Source of the DNA: the human T2T-CHM13v2.0 reference genome, Homo sapiens
Length of the DNA stretch: 64,000 nucleotides
Direction: 5' to 3' (one strand)
NCBI RefSeq assembly: GCF_009914755.1
Contig: NC_060925.1
The translations under genes and the position numbers were made by a program. Shown piece by piece: positions 1 to 11,945 of this stretch. Within the stretch, counting starts at the first letter, position 1, and each line of letters starts with the position of its first letter. A model generated the notes under the pieces. That model saw nothing but the letters and a program-made list of their open reading frames with translations. It did no database searches and had not been told where the DNA came from.

Positions 1-190
1 CTGCCTCAGCCTCCCGAGTAGCTGGGACTACAGGTGCCCACCACCATGCCTGGTTAATTTTTTGTATTTTTAGTAGAGACGGGGTTTCACCGTGTTAGCT
101 GGGATAGTCTTGATCTCCTGACCTCGTGATCCGCCCGCCTCAGCCTCCAAAAGTGCTGAGATTACAGGCGTGAGCCACCGCACCTGGCCC
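1..190 (-). mobile_element. Alu (truncated by window edge) inserted in L1 ORF1
   Basis: Reverse-complement Alu consensus. Confidence 0.95.
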
Positions 191-2110
191 TGTAAAAGAT
201 TTTATTTCTCCTTCACTTATGAAGCTTAGTTTGGCTGGATATGAAATTCTGGGTTGAAAATTCTTTTCTTTAAGGATGTTGAATATTGGCCCGCACTGTC
301 TTCTGGTTTGTATGGTTTCTGCCAAAAGATCTGCTGTAGTCCGATGCGCTTCCCTTAGTGGGTAACCTGAACTTTCTCTCTGGCTGCCCTTAACATTTTT
401 TCCTTTATTTTCAACCTTTGTGAATATGACAATTACGTGTCTTGGTGTTGCTCTTCTTGAGGAGTATCTTCGTGGTGTTCTCTGTATTTCCTGAATTTGG
501 ATGTTGGCCTGCCTTGCTAGGTTGGGGAAGTTCTCCTGGATAATATCCTGAAGAGTGTTTTCCACCTTGGTTCCACTCTCCCCGTCACTTTCAGGTATAG
601 CAATCAAACTTAGATTTGGTTTTTCACATAGTCCCATATTTCTTGGAGGGTTTGGTCATTTCTTTTTACTCTTTTTTCTCTAACTTTGTCTTCTCGCTTT
701 ATTTCATTAATTTGATCTTCAATCACTGATACCCTTTTTTCCACTTGATCAAATTGGCTACTGAAGCTTGTGCATGCGTCACAAAGTTCTCGTGCCATTG
801 TTTTCAGCTCCATCAGGTCATTTAAGGTCTTCTCTACACAGTTTATTCTAGTTAGCCATTCGCCTAACCTTTTTTCAAGGTTTTTAGCTTCCTTGCAATG
901 GGTTAGAACATGCTCCCTTAGCTCGGAGAAGTTTGTTATTACTGACCTTCTGAAGCCTACTTCTGTCAACTCGTCAAAGTCATTTTCCATCCAGCTTTGT
1001 TCCATTGCTGGTGAGGAGCTGTGATCCTTTGGAGGAGAAGAGGCACTCTAGTTTTTAGAATTTTCAGCTTTTCTGCTCTGATTTCTCCCCATCTTTGTGG
1101 TTTTATCTACCTTTGGTCTTTGATGTTGGTGACCGACAAATGGGGTTTTGGTGTGGATGTTCTTTTTGTTGATGTTGATGCCATTCCTTTCTGTTTGTTA
1201 GTTTTCCTTCTAACATTCAGGTTCCTCAGCTGCAGGTCTGTTGGAGTTTGCTGGAGATCCACTCTAGACCCTGTTTGCCTAGGTATCACCAGCGGAGGCT
1301 GCAGAACAGCAAATATTGCTGCCTGATCCTTCCTCTGGAAGCTTCGTCCCAGAGGGGCACCTGCCTGTATAAGGTGTCTGTCGGCCCCAACTGGGAGGTG
1401 TCTCCCAGTTAGGCTACACAGGGGTCAGGGACCCACTTGAGGAGCCAGTCTGTCTGTTCTTGGAGCTCAAATGCTGTGCTGGGAGAACCACTACTCTCTT
1501 CAGAGCTGTCAGACAGGGACATCTAAGTCTGCAGAAGTTTCTGCTGCCTTTTGTTCAGGTATGCCCTGCCTACAGAGGTGAGGTCTGTAGAGGCAGTAGG
1601 CCTTGCTGAGCTGTGTTGGGCTCTGCCCAGTTCAAGCTTCCAGGCCACTTTGTTTACCTACTGAAGCCTCAGCAATGGCAGACACCCCTCCCTCCTCCAG
1701 GCTGCTGCCTTGCAGGTCAATCTCAGACTGCTGCGCTAGCAGTGAGCAAGGTTCTGTGGGCATGGGACTCGCTGAGCCAGGCACAGCCGAGAATTTTCTG
1801 GTCTGCCGGTTGCTAAGACCTTGGAAAAGTGCAGTATTTGGGCAGGAGTGTCCCATTTTTCCAGGTACAGTCTGTCACAGCTTCCCTTGGCAAGGAAAGG
1901 GAAATCCCCAAACCCCTTGCACTCCCAGGTGAGGCGATGCCCCTCCTTGCTTTGGCTTGCCCTCCGTGCGTGGCACCCACTGTACAACCAGTCCCAATGA
2001 GATGAACCAGGTACCTCAGTTGGAAATGCAGAAATCAGCCATCTTCTTCATCGATCACCCTGGGAGCTGCAGACTGGAGCTCTTCCTATTTGGCCATCTT
2101 GGAATGGACT
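191..2110 (-). mobile_element. L1PA 5' portion: 5'UTR plus disrupted ORF1 (ATG at 1092)
   Basis: ORF1 peptides (IIQENFPNLARQANIQIQEIQRTP, QPRISYPAKLSFISEGEIK); 5' end CCAAGATGGCC (YY1 site, 2092-2102); premature stop and frameshifts. Confidence 0.95.
1675..1932 (+). other. L1 antisense ORF0-like ORF (85 aa)
   Basis: gcaATGg; MADTPPSSRLLPCRSISDCCASSEQGSVGMGLAEPG resembles the L1 ORF0 N-terminus (MAGAPPPASLPPCSLISDCCAS...), recalled from memory. Confidence 0.75.
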
Positions 2111-2263
2111 CCAACCTTCTTTAATTTTTTTGAGCAATATTTTATAGTTTTCAGTGCATAGGACTTGCACATCTTTGGCTGGATTTATCTCTCAGTATTT
2201 TACACTTTTTGGTGTCACTGTAAATGGTGTTTTAAATTTAATCTTTTGAGTGTTCATTGCTAG

Positions 2264-2670
2264 TGTTATGGATTGAATTGACCCCTCCTTCCAAGAGATA
2301 CATTGAAGTCCTAACCCCTGGTACCTGTGACTGTGACTTTGTTTGGAAATAGAGGTCTTTGCAGATGCAATTCATTAAGATGAGGTAATGGAGTGAGATG
2401 GGCCCTTAATCCAATATGGTTGGTGTCTTTTAAGAAGAGGGAAATTTGGACATAGACACACAGGGTGGGAAGATGACGCAGAGATCCAGAGAGAGAATCC
2501 AGCCAAATGACAATGGAGGCAGAGAAAGGAGTGATTAATTTACAAACCAAGGAATGCCCTGGACTGTCAGAAAACACCAGGAGCTAGAAGAAGCAAGGAA
2601 GGACTCTCTCCTAGATCCTTCAGAGAAAGCATGGCCCTGCCAACACCTTGATGTCAGATTTCTATCCCCC
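2264..2670 (+). mobile_element. MLT1 (MaLR) LTR
   Basis: Diagnostic motifs gaagtcctaacccc, tttggaaatag..gtctttgcagatg, ccctgccaacaccttgat. Confidence 0.8.
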
Positions 2671-3243
2671 ATCACCTTGGTAATGAGTGTTTATCATTTT
2701 TAAGTTCTGGTATCATTTCAAGTCCTCTCCTCTAGTTACTTTGAAATATACATAAAATTGTTGCTAAGTATAGTCACCCAAGTCTGCTATCAAACATTAG
2801 AACTTATTTCTTCTATCTAACTATATGTTTGTATACATAATCAACCTGTCTTCATCCTTTCCTTCCCCTCCACCCTTTCCAGTCTCTGGTATTTTATTTG
2901 GAGATTTTCTAGATATCTTTCTATTATTGGTATTTACTTTAATACCATTGCAGCCAGGGAATATATTTTATATAATCTGATTCTTTTAAAATTGATCACT
3001 ACTTATTTTATGGCTATCTTGGTAAATGTTCCATGTGCAATGTTCTTGAAAAAAATTCTGCTGTTGGATGGAATGTTCTATAATCAATTAGTCAAATTAG
3101 TTGATACTGTCGGTCAAATCTTTTACATCTTTACTGATTTTCTATTTGTTCTATCAACTATTAAGGTATGGGTATGGATATTACTGATTATCCTTGTGGA
3201 TTTGTCAATTTATCCTTGTAGTTCTATTGGTTTTTGCTTCATG

Positions 3244-3300
<57 letters not shown>

Positions 3301-3354
3301 CACACAAACATATATACATACACAGAGAGAGAGAGAGAGAGAGATAAAGAGAGA
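3244..3354. repeat. Compound (TA)n(CA)n(GA)n microsatellite
   Basis: Directly visible. Confidence 0.95.
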
Positions 3355-3805
3355 GTCTTACTCTGTCACCCAGGCTGGAGTGCAGTGGCGCAATCATGGC
3401 TTACTGCAGCTTTCACCTCCCCAGGCTCAGGTGATCCTCCCAGGTAGCTGGGACTACAGGTGTGAGCCACCATGCCCAGCTAATTTTTTGTATTTGTATT
3501 TTTATTTTTTTCTGAAACTGAGTCTCACTCTGTTGCCCAAGCTGGAGTGCAGTGGCATGATCTCAGCTCACCACAACCTCCACCTCCTGGGTTCAAGCGA
3601 TTCTCATGCCTCAGCCTCCACCTCCTGAGTAGCTGCAACTGCAGGTACATGCCACTACGCCTGTCTAATTTTTGTATTTTTAGTAGAGACAGGGTTTCAC
3701 CATGTTGCCCAGGCTGGTCTTGCACTGCTGGGCTCACGTGATCCACCCACCTTGGCCTCCCAAAAGTGCTGAGATTATAGGTGTGAGCCACTATGACTAG
3801 CCCAG
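3355..3805 (-). mobile_element. Alu with an extra right-arm monomer
   Basis: Two right-arm copies and one left arm, all reverse orientation. Confidence 0.85.
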
Positions 3806-3840
3806 CTGTTTTTTTGTTTTTTTTTGTTTTTTTTCAAATT

Positions 3841-3985
3841 CAGTCTTTGTATAGACTGTCAAAAATTGTCAGTGCTGACTATGTTGCAAGTCATCACAGT
3901 GGGGTATTGGGAAAATTTTTCAATTAGCAATAGTCATGCCTCAGATAAACCTCATTGGCTATGATACTTGCCATTGTGCAAAGCT
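3841..3985 (-). pseudogene. Full-length processed U4 snRNA pseudogene
   Basis: Minus strand reads AGCTTTGCACAATGGCAAGTATCATAGCCAATGAGGTTTATC...TTTTCCCAATACCCC...AATTTTTGACAGTC...AGACTG, matching U4 with CpG decay. A-rich tail at 3808-3834; no snRNA promoter seen. Confidence 0.93.
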
Positions 3986-4280
3986 GCTTCACGTACTTTG
4001 AATCTCTGTTATTGGGTACATAAGTGTTTAGAGTTATTATGTCTTCTTGATGAATTGACCTCTTTATCATTATGAAATGATTCTTTTTTATCCCGGGCAA
4101 TATTCTTTGCTCTGAAATCTACATTATTAGTATTAGTATAGCGATTCCAACTTTATTTTGATTAGCATTAGCATGGTACATTTTTTCTATCCCTTTAGCT
4201 TTAACCTATTTTTGTCTATATTTAAAAGGATTTCTTTTAGGCAGTATACAGTTAGATATTGCTTTTATAATCTAATCTGA

Positions 4281-4616
<336 letters not shown>

Positions 4617-4767
4617 TTAATTGGAGTATTTAGACCATTTATATTTAATGTGATTACTGATATAGCCTGGTTTAACTTTTGGTCTTGTTATTTGTTATCT
4701 ATCTGTACCATCTATCCTTTGTTTCTTCTTGCCTCTTTTTCTCAGGAACATAAATAACTGAAATTCA

Positions 4768-5075
<308 letters not shown>

Positions 5076-5532
5076 GACAAAATAGTGAATATGGTGGGAG
5101 AGATTCAGAGAAAGATTTGGGACTTTATAGAAGAGAGATATTAAGTCAAATCGATGATGTCAGGAATGACTTACTCAAGAAAATATTCAAATTGAACCTT
5201 GAAATATTTTGCATATGAGTGATGGTGTAAGGAAGGTGCTCCATATAGAGGCAATAGGATGAACAATGGGATTGGAGGCAGTAAAGCATGTGTTTGGGCT
5301 AGGGAATAATAGATTGTTCAGATAGCCTGAGAAAGAGTGGCAGGAGAGATGTGGAAAGTGCTTATGTTATTAACAGCTTCCTATGGATGTCCCTACCGTG
5401 ATAGTCCACAGATACCTGAGATACCTGTCAAATCCCACATATGATCTACCCTTTAAACCTGCTCTCTCAATAGCCCCTAATTTTATGTATGGCATGACCA
5501 GCTTCTTTAATATACATACCAGAAGCCTCTGA

Positions 5533-5901
<369 letters not shown>

Positions 5902-6239
5902 AATGAGCTTTCTTTTCTATCCTTATCTATCCCCACAGCCTTGGAGCCAGGCTCAACTCCCCTCCACCACCCTGCCCCCAAACTATTTAATTAGCCTTCT
6001 TACTGGTTTTGCTACTTCTAGATTTTTCTCTCTTTAAACCAATGCCACACATACCCCCCAGCATGCCCTGAGAATGGATGTGAATTCTGTGTGTGTACAT
6101 GTGTACATTGTTCTGGTGAGCGCTTGTAGCTTTCATCAAAGTCTCAAAAGTCCACAAAAGGCTAGGAGTCACTACCATGATCTTTATTTCAGATGAAACC
6201 GTGCTCAGTAAATGTGGTGCAGTTGACAGACTGCTGAAC

Positions 6240-7200
6240 AGTAAGTCAGGAGACCCGGGTTTTAGTTCTGGGGCTGCCACTAATTAGCCGTATGACTTTG
6301 GGCAATGAGGCACTTACTTTGTACCTGTTTCCTCATCTGTAAAATTCAGAAAGTCTCTTCCAACCTCAAAATGCTATTATTGAGAAATTACCATACAATT
6401 ATTATTAAGAAATTGCCATACAATGTCATAAATGCTAAAACAAAGGTATGCAGAGCTTTGAGAGCACAAAGGAGGTTCTCCGGGTGTGGGGTCATCTAGC
6501 TTTGCTTGGGAAAATTGGTAAAGAGTTGCAGAGGAGGCCACAGTTCAGTCTTGAAGGATCAACAAAACTTTCCAGGCAGAAAGAAGGAGGAAGGCATTTT
6601 AGGCAAAGGAAACTTTGTGAGAAGGCAGAGAAGTAATAGAGCCTCAAATTGGCAGAACAATGAGTAGATGCGTATAGTTTGGATGTACGTGTGTTGAAAG
6701 TTTGGGCTTTAAATGCACAGGGAGCACTAGGAGATAAGCCTGGAGAAGGCGAATGAGTTGGGGCCTGAAGTTTCTTATGTATGGTGCCAAAAAGTTTTGA
6801 CTTTATCTTGTAGACAGTGGGAAGCCATGGATTGTTTTAGGTAAGAGAGTGACAGGCTGATTTCCCTTTCATAAAAATCACATTGGCAACATGGGAGGAA
6901 GACGGATTGGAAGGGAATGAGACATGTTTGGAAATGATAAAGGTCTGAATAAGCCAAGGGGATAGAGGTGGAAGGAAGATAATGTTGTTCCTTTTAAACC
7001 TATTACATTTAAGATACCCAAGGAATATCCAAGTTAAAATGTATGGTAGGAAGTTGAAAATTTGAGTCTTATGCTCACAAGATAGACCTGGATTTAGCAG
7101 CACTCATAAGTGAGTACTGACTGAAGCCACAGGAGTGAATGACATTGCTTTGGAAAAGCATGTGGAGTGGGGAGTAAGGGGGCCAAAGGCTGAATTCTGG
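6240..7200. mobile_element. MIR (6240-6350) and L2 fragments
   Basis: MIR core gactttgggcaa...tttcctcatctgtaaaa; degenerate L2-like sequence downstream. Confidence 0.55.
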
Positions 7201-7210
7201 GAAATAATAG

Positions 7211-7615
<405 letters not shown>

Positions 7616-7895
7616 AAGAATCTACTCTTTTAAGAAGGTTGGATGAGAAAGAAATAAAAGCGAAGGCTAAAGCAAGAGGAGGCTGCTGAGTGGAGGAAGG
7701 TATTTCATTTTATTATGTCTGCTGGGCAAAGATCAGTGAAGAGGCCGAAGTTGGTTACAGGAGAGATTGTGAATAATGGATGGAGGTGGGAAAGGACAGG
7801 ATATAACGCACACCTGCAGGGCCTAGTCCCAGCCAAGGGAGCTGGAGAGTGTCTATTCTTCCCAAGAAGGAGGAAGGAAATCAGAAAGTTTCATT

Positions 7896-8062
7896 CAGTG
7901 GTTCTCACATTAAAATCACTGAGGTATCTTAAAAAAAATGCCAATAGCTGGGTCACACCTCAGAAGTTTCTGGTTTAATTAGTCTGGGATGGTCCTGGGC
8001 ATTGATGTGTTTTCAAAGCTTCCCAGGTGATTAAAATCTGCAGTCAAAGTTCACAACCACTG
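7896..8062. mobile_element. MER5-type hAT-Charlie element
   Basis: Terminal inverted repeats cagtggtt...aaccactg; internal cccaggtgatt. Confidence 0.7.
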
Positions 8063-11000
8063 GTTTAATTGCAGGTAACATTTTAGATTAATGATAATGG
8101 GATTGGATTTGAGGAAACTCACACTTAATAAAGGTTGGATGAATAGGGAGTGGTCAAGGTTTCATAGATGAGGAAGGGAGAAAGAGAAGGAAGCTAGAAG
8201 GGAAGGCAGCTAATGCTAACTTATTGAATTTTATGTGCCAGAGATATAGAAATGAATGAGGCATGGTCCTTCTTCTTAGAGATCAGGATCTCACATGACA
8301 GACACTTCACCACAAGCCTATGACATAATACAGTTCTTGACCAGTTAAGTTTTTTTGTGTGTGAGCTACTTTTATTCTTTTTTTTTTTTTTTTTTAACTA
8401 AAAGTGAAGGGGGAAACCCCTCACACCCAGAACCCAGGTATTTCCCAATATAGACTGGGTCTGGAAATCCTTTTGTGAGCATTGAGAGTAGCCTTTCTGG
8501 GAAGGTGGGTGCTGGGGAAAGATCTGTAACTATTCCGGGAGATCAACTTGTACCCAGGCTCATCAGCAGGGCTGGAAGTAGATGGTGATTGTGGCCCTGC
8601 ATGTGGGTACATTACTGCAGTCACCTGTACCTGGGAGGTGGCTAAAATTGCTAATTGCTTACATGGAAACACTTTGATGGCCATTCTGCTATAGTGTGAA
8701 GCTTCTATGAGTAAGGTACCAAGGATTCCCTTTCTCTGAGCAGCATTGTAAAAAGGCCCTACTTTTCATCAGAGCAGAAAACCTAACTTTTGCTACTGTG
8801 GTCTGGGCCTGACCTCCAGGGACAGCTTCATCCACACAGGAAGTAGGTAGGTGCTTCTCTATAGTCTGGACCTTCCCTCAGAGAGAGTCTACTGTCACTT
8901 CTTGAGTTCCTTGAATCTTCCCCAGGAGGGTCCAACTCCCAGGGCTCCTGGGAAGCCTCTGATCTGACCCCACCAGCCCCACCTCCACCTAGTGAGCTGG
9001 TGAGGTGTTGAAAGGGCTTTAATGGAGGGCCCTGGCTTTTAGCTAGGGGCCTCCTTCCCCGAGGAAGAGTACTGAAAGAAGTGTCCTAGAGAAGTGTTCT
9101 CTCCTAAGAGAAGTATCCTAGGCACAGAACAGAGAGGGGAAACTCGACTGGGAATTGACTGTGGCACTATGAGTATATGGAGGGTGTTCCTTCTGTTACC
9201 TCATTAGACCCTTTTTATATAAGCAGAAATTGAGGCTTGAAGAAATTAAGAAATTCGACTATGTCCTCAAGGACAGGAGCTGTACAAAATCCAATCTGTT
9301 CCATTCTATTGTCCCTCAGGCTCTTGGCCTCCCTCTGTTATTGTAGGTTGGCCCCTTTAGGAAAATCTCAGTTGAATGTCATTTCAGTGCTCTCCTTCCT
9401 TCTAAAGAATTAAGCTAGGTCCCTTAGACCATAGGGCACATGGGCCTTCTAGCTGGGTCTCTGTTTGCTTACTCAGTGACTTGGGGACGTGTGAAATCCA
9501 GATGGGATTCTATCCTGAGGTGAAGGTAGAAGGTAATACAGAGAATTGCTGAATGGGACAGACCACACCAATAAAATTTTTTGTTGGACTCTGTAATCCA
9601 GTGTTTTCATTGCAGAGATGTAATTGAAAGCCCCCAACCTCACCGTCAGAGAAAGGAGGGACTAAGCTTATTCTAGCCTGATGCCTGATACCTGTTAATT
9701 GGGAAGCCTTGTCTGTTAACATCCTGACTTAGGTTTCAAGCTTTCAGTGGGGCCAGACTATGGAATTATCTGTAATTCTGGCATCAGAAGCCCTTTTTCC
9801 AGTTCTTTGGGCCATTTTGGGGTCTGTGAAACAGGCTAGCAGCATGTGAAGATAATTCACACTAAATCTGCCTGAGAGTCAAGACAGTGCCACGGCAGCC
9901 CCGACTCTGTGTCAAATTACACACTAGCTGCCTAGCACTGGGGTGTGCTTTGGGGCAGGGCTGGGGACACCCATGTCCTCCCTACTTCCCTTAACCCTTC
10001 CCCAGCTCTCCTGCCACTCCCTCATACACCTGGTCGTGGTCACTGCCAGGAGCCCCAGTGCGGCCCAGTGCCTGCACATGATAGGCACAAGGTGAATGAG
10101 TGCCTGGACGCATGCAGGGACTTGGGTACCTGAAATGATGATTCTGCATATTTCATGTAGTCTTGATGCTGAGTCACCTGCTTACCCATACTACTGGAGG
10201 AGGGGATGAGGAAAGACAGAGTTTGGGCAAAGGAGAAAGGAAGTGTGTTTTACTGTTCTGCATCTTTGAACAATGCAGCATAGTTGGTTCTGTCCTCATC
10301 TTTGGACAGGTTAGAATGAACCATCAAAAGGGGTGAGATTAGGTCTCAGGAAATAGTTTTCATCAGGGAGGAGCAAAAATTCCCAAACAAGTGAGGAACA
10401 GAGGCTGGGAGTCTCTTTCTCTGGGATTCCTTAATCACAGGGTTGTTCAAGCAGGTGCCAGGATTGGAAACTGAAGGAGGCTGAGATATTGAAAAGGCCT
10501 TGGCCTGCTTAGGGAGAAGTATGTGAAGATGCTTTTGAAATGATACTACTCTAAGTGGCGGGTTGCACGGCAATAACATTAATGATAATTGAATACTGCT
10601 TTCACTTACTCCAAGGGGAACATGGACTTCCCACAGCCCAGGCTTTTACGGTGTGGGTTCACTCTTGTAGGGTCACATGTAAAAGAACCCTAACTGGTTT
10701 CTTGGCATACTGGGAGGCACAAATGCCCCAAACGTGTAGGATATTTTGTGAGATCCTACAATCCCTGTGTGGCACCTTCAACTCTAAAGTATCTGAAACT
10801 CCTGGGATGGACAATCTGCCTGCTTGGGGTTGGGGACCCAACTGGCCAAGGCATTTTTCCTCTTGGAGGTTTCCTGGGAGAAGGCCCCCTCTCCTCTGCC
10901 ATTCAAACTCCCAGGCGCCCGCGTCTTTTCCTCCTCCCCTTCTTCCCTAAGGCAGGGTTCCCTTTGTAATTAATCCCAACACTCAAACCAGAGGGGAGGA

Positions 11001-11639
11001 AAAATGTGTTAATGAGGGAGCGTCCCAGACTGACTGGGGCGGTCGCTGCTCGCAGCTAGAACTCCAAGTAATTAAATTATTTTTGGAAGGAGGGGATATG
11101 GTGGTGATGGTGTCAGGGAAATCCCCGTATGCATGGGAAGAGGCGTGCGCCTCTCGCCACTAATTAAAATCAGGGATGACCCTCCCTTCTCGGACCCCTA
11201 GGGGGAAAAAAAAAATCAATCTTCCCACGTCCCAGATTCCATTGGATTTTGTGTAGTCGGGTCCGTGGCCCTAAAGAGAATATGGCCAGCCCCAGGGATC
11301 TGGGGGCTCCTTCTCCGACAGGAGGGGTCCAGGAAGACAGCCCCAGGAGGGACTGCGGGCTGGGCCAAGTCCAAGAATCGAGGCATTCCCCTGCCCACCG
11401 TTCGGGACCCGAGTGTCAGCCCCACCGCGGATTCCCAGGATCGGGGAGGGCCGCTGGGCATCTGAAGGCGCAGGGCTGGGGGAGCGGCGACTCCGGGAAG
11501 AGCGGGGCCGCAGACAATGGACGCGGCGGTAGGAGGGGCGGCGGCTGTGGGAACAGCCGGGAGGCGGCACCCGGGAGCTCGCGCTCCCCCGCCCCCTGCA
11601 CCCCCCACCCTCATCCCCTCCCCCTCCGCCCCCTCCCCC

Positions 11640-11945
11640 CTCCGCCGCCGGCTCCCGATCTGATTCCTGATCCTTGATTCCTTGATCCTTGGTCCCGCCA
11701 TGGGAGCCTGAGCGCCCCCTATTCCCCCCTGGCCCCCAGCCCCCGGGGCCTTGAGGGGGAAGAGGCAGCGGTCTGGGACGGAGCAGGGGGTGACCAGACT
11801 CAAGAACCCCCCCCTCAACATCCCCCATCGCGCGCGCTGCCTGTCCAGGAGCGCCGAGTTCGGAGCGACCCGGAGCGCTGCGGATACAAAGGCGACGGGC
11901 CGAGCGGGGCGCCCGCGGAGCCCACCCGGCAGTTCGCAGCGGCGG
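11640..11945 (+). other. VANGL2: VANGL2 exon 1 (5'UTR); start position approximate
   Basis: Lies in the CpG island and ends at the consensus donor GCGG|GTGAGT (11945/11946). TSS inferred just after the C-rich GC-box tract. Confidence 0.8.
11700..11711 (+). promoter_or_regulatory. uORF Met-Gly-Ala-stop in the VANGL2 5'UTR
   Basis: cccgccATGGGAGCCTGA; the only ATG in the spliced leader. Confidence 0.7.

Noticed and set aside
140-1092. L1 ORF1 as a functional gene
   Set aside because: Early stop, frameshifts and an Alu insertion.
3841-3985. Functional U4 snRNA gene
   Set aside because: Many CpG-type substitutions, an A-rich tail, a TSD, and upstream DNA that is L1 rather than an snRNA promoter.
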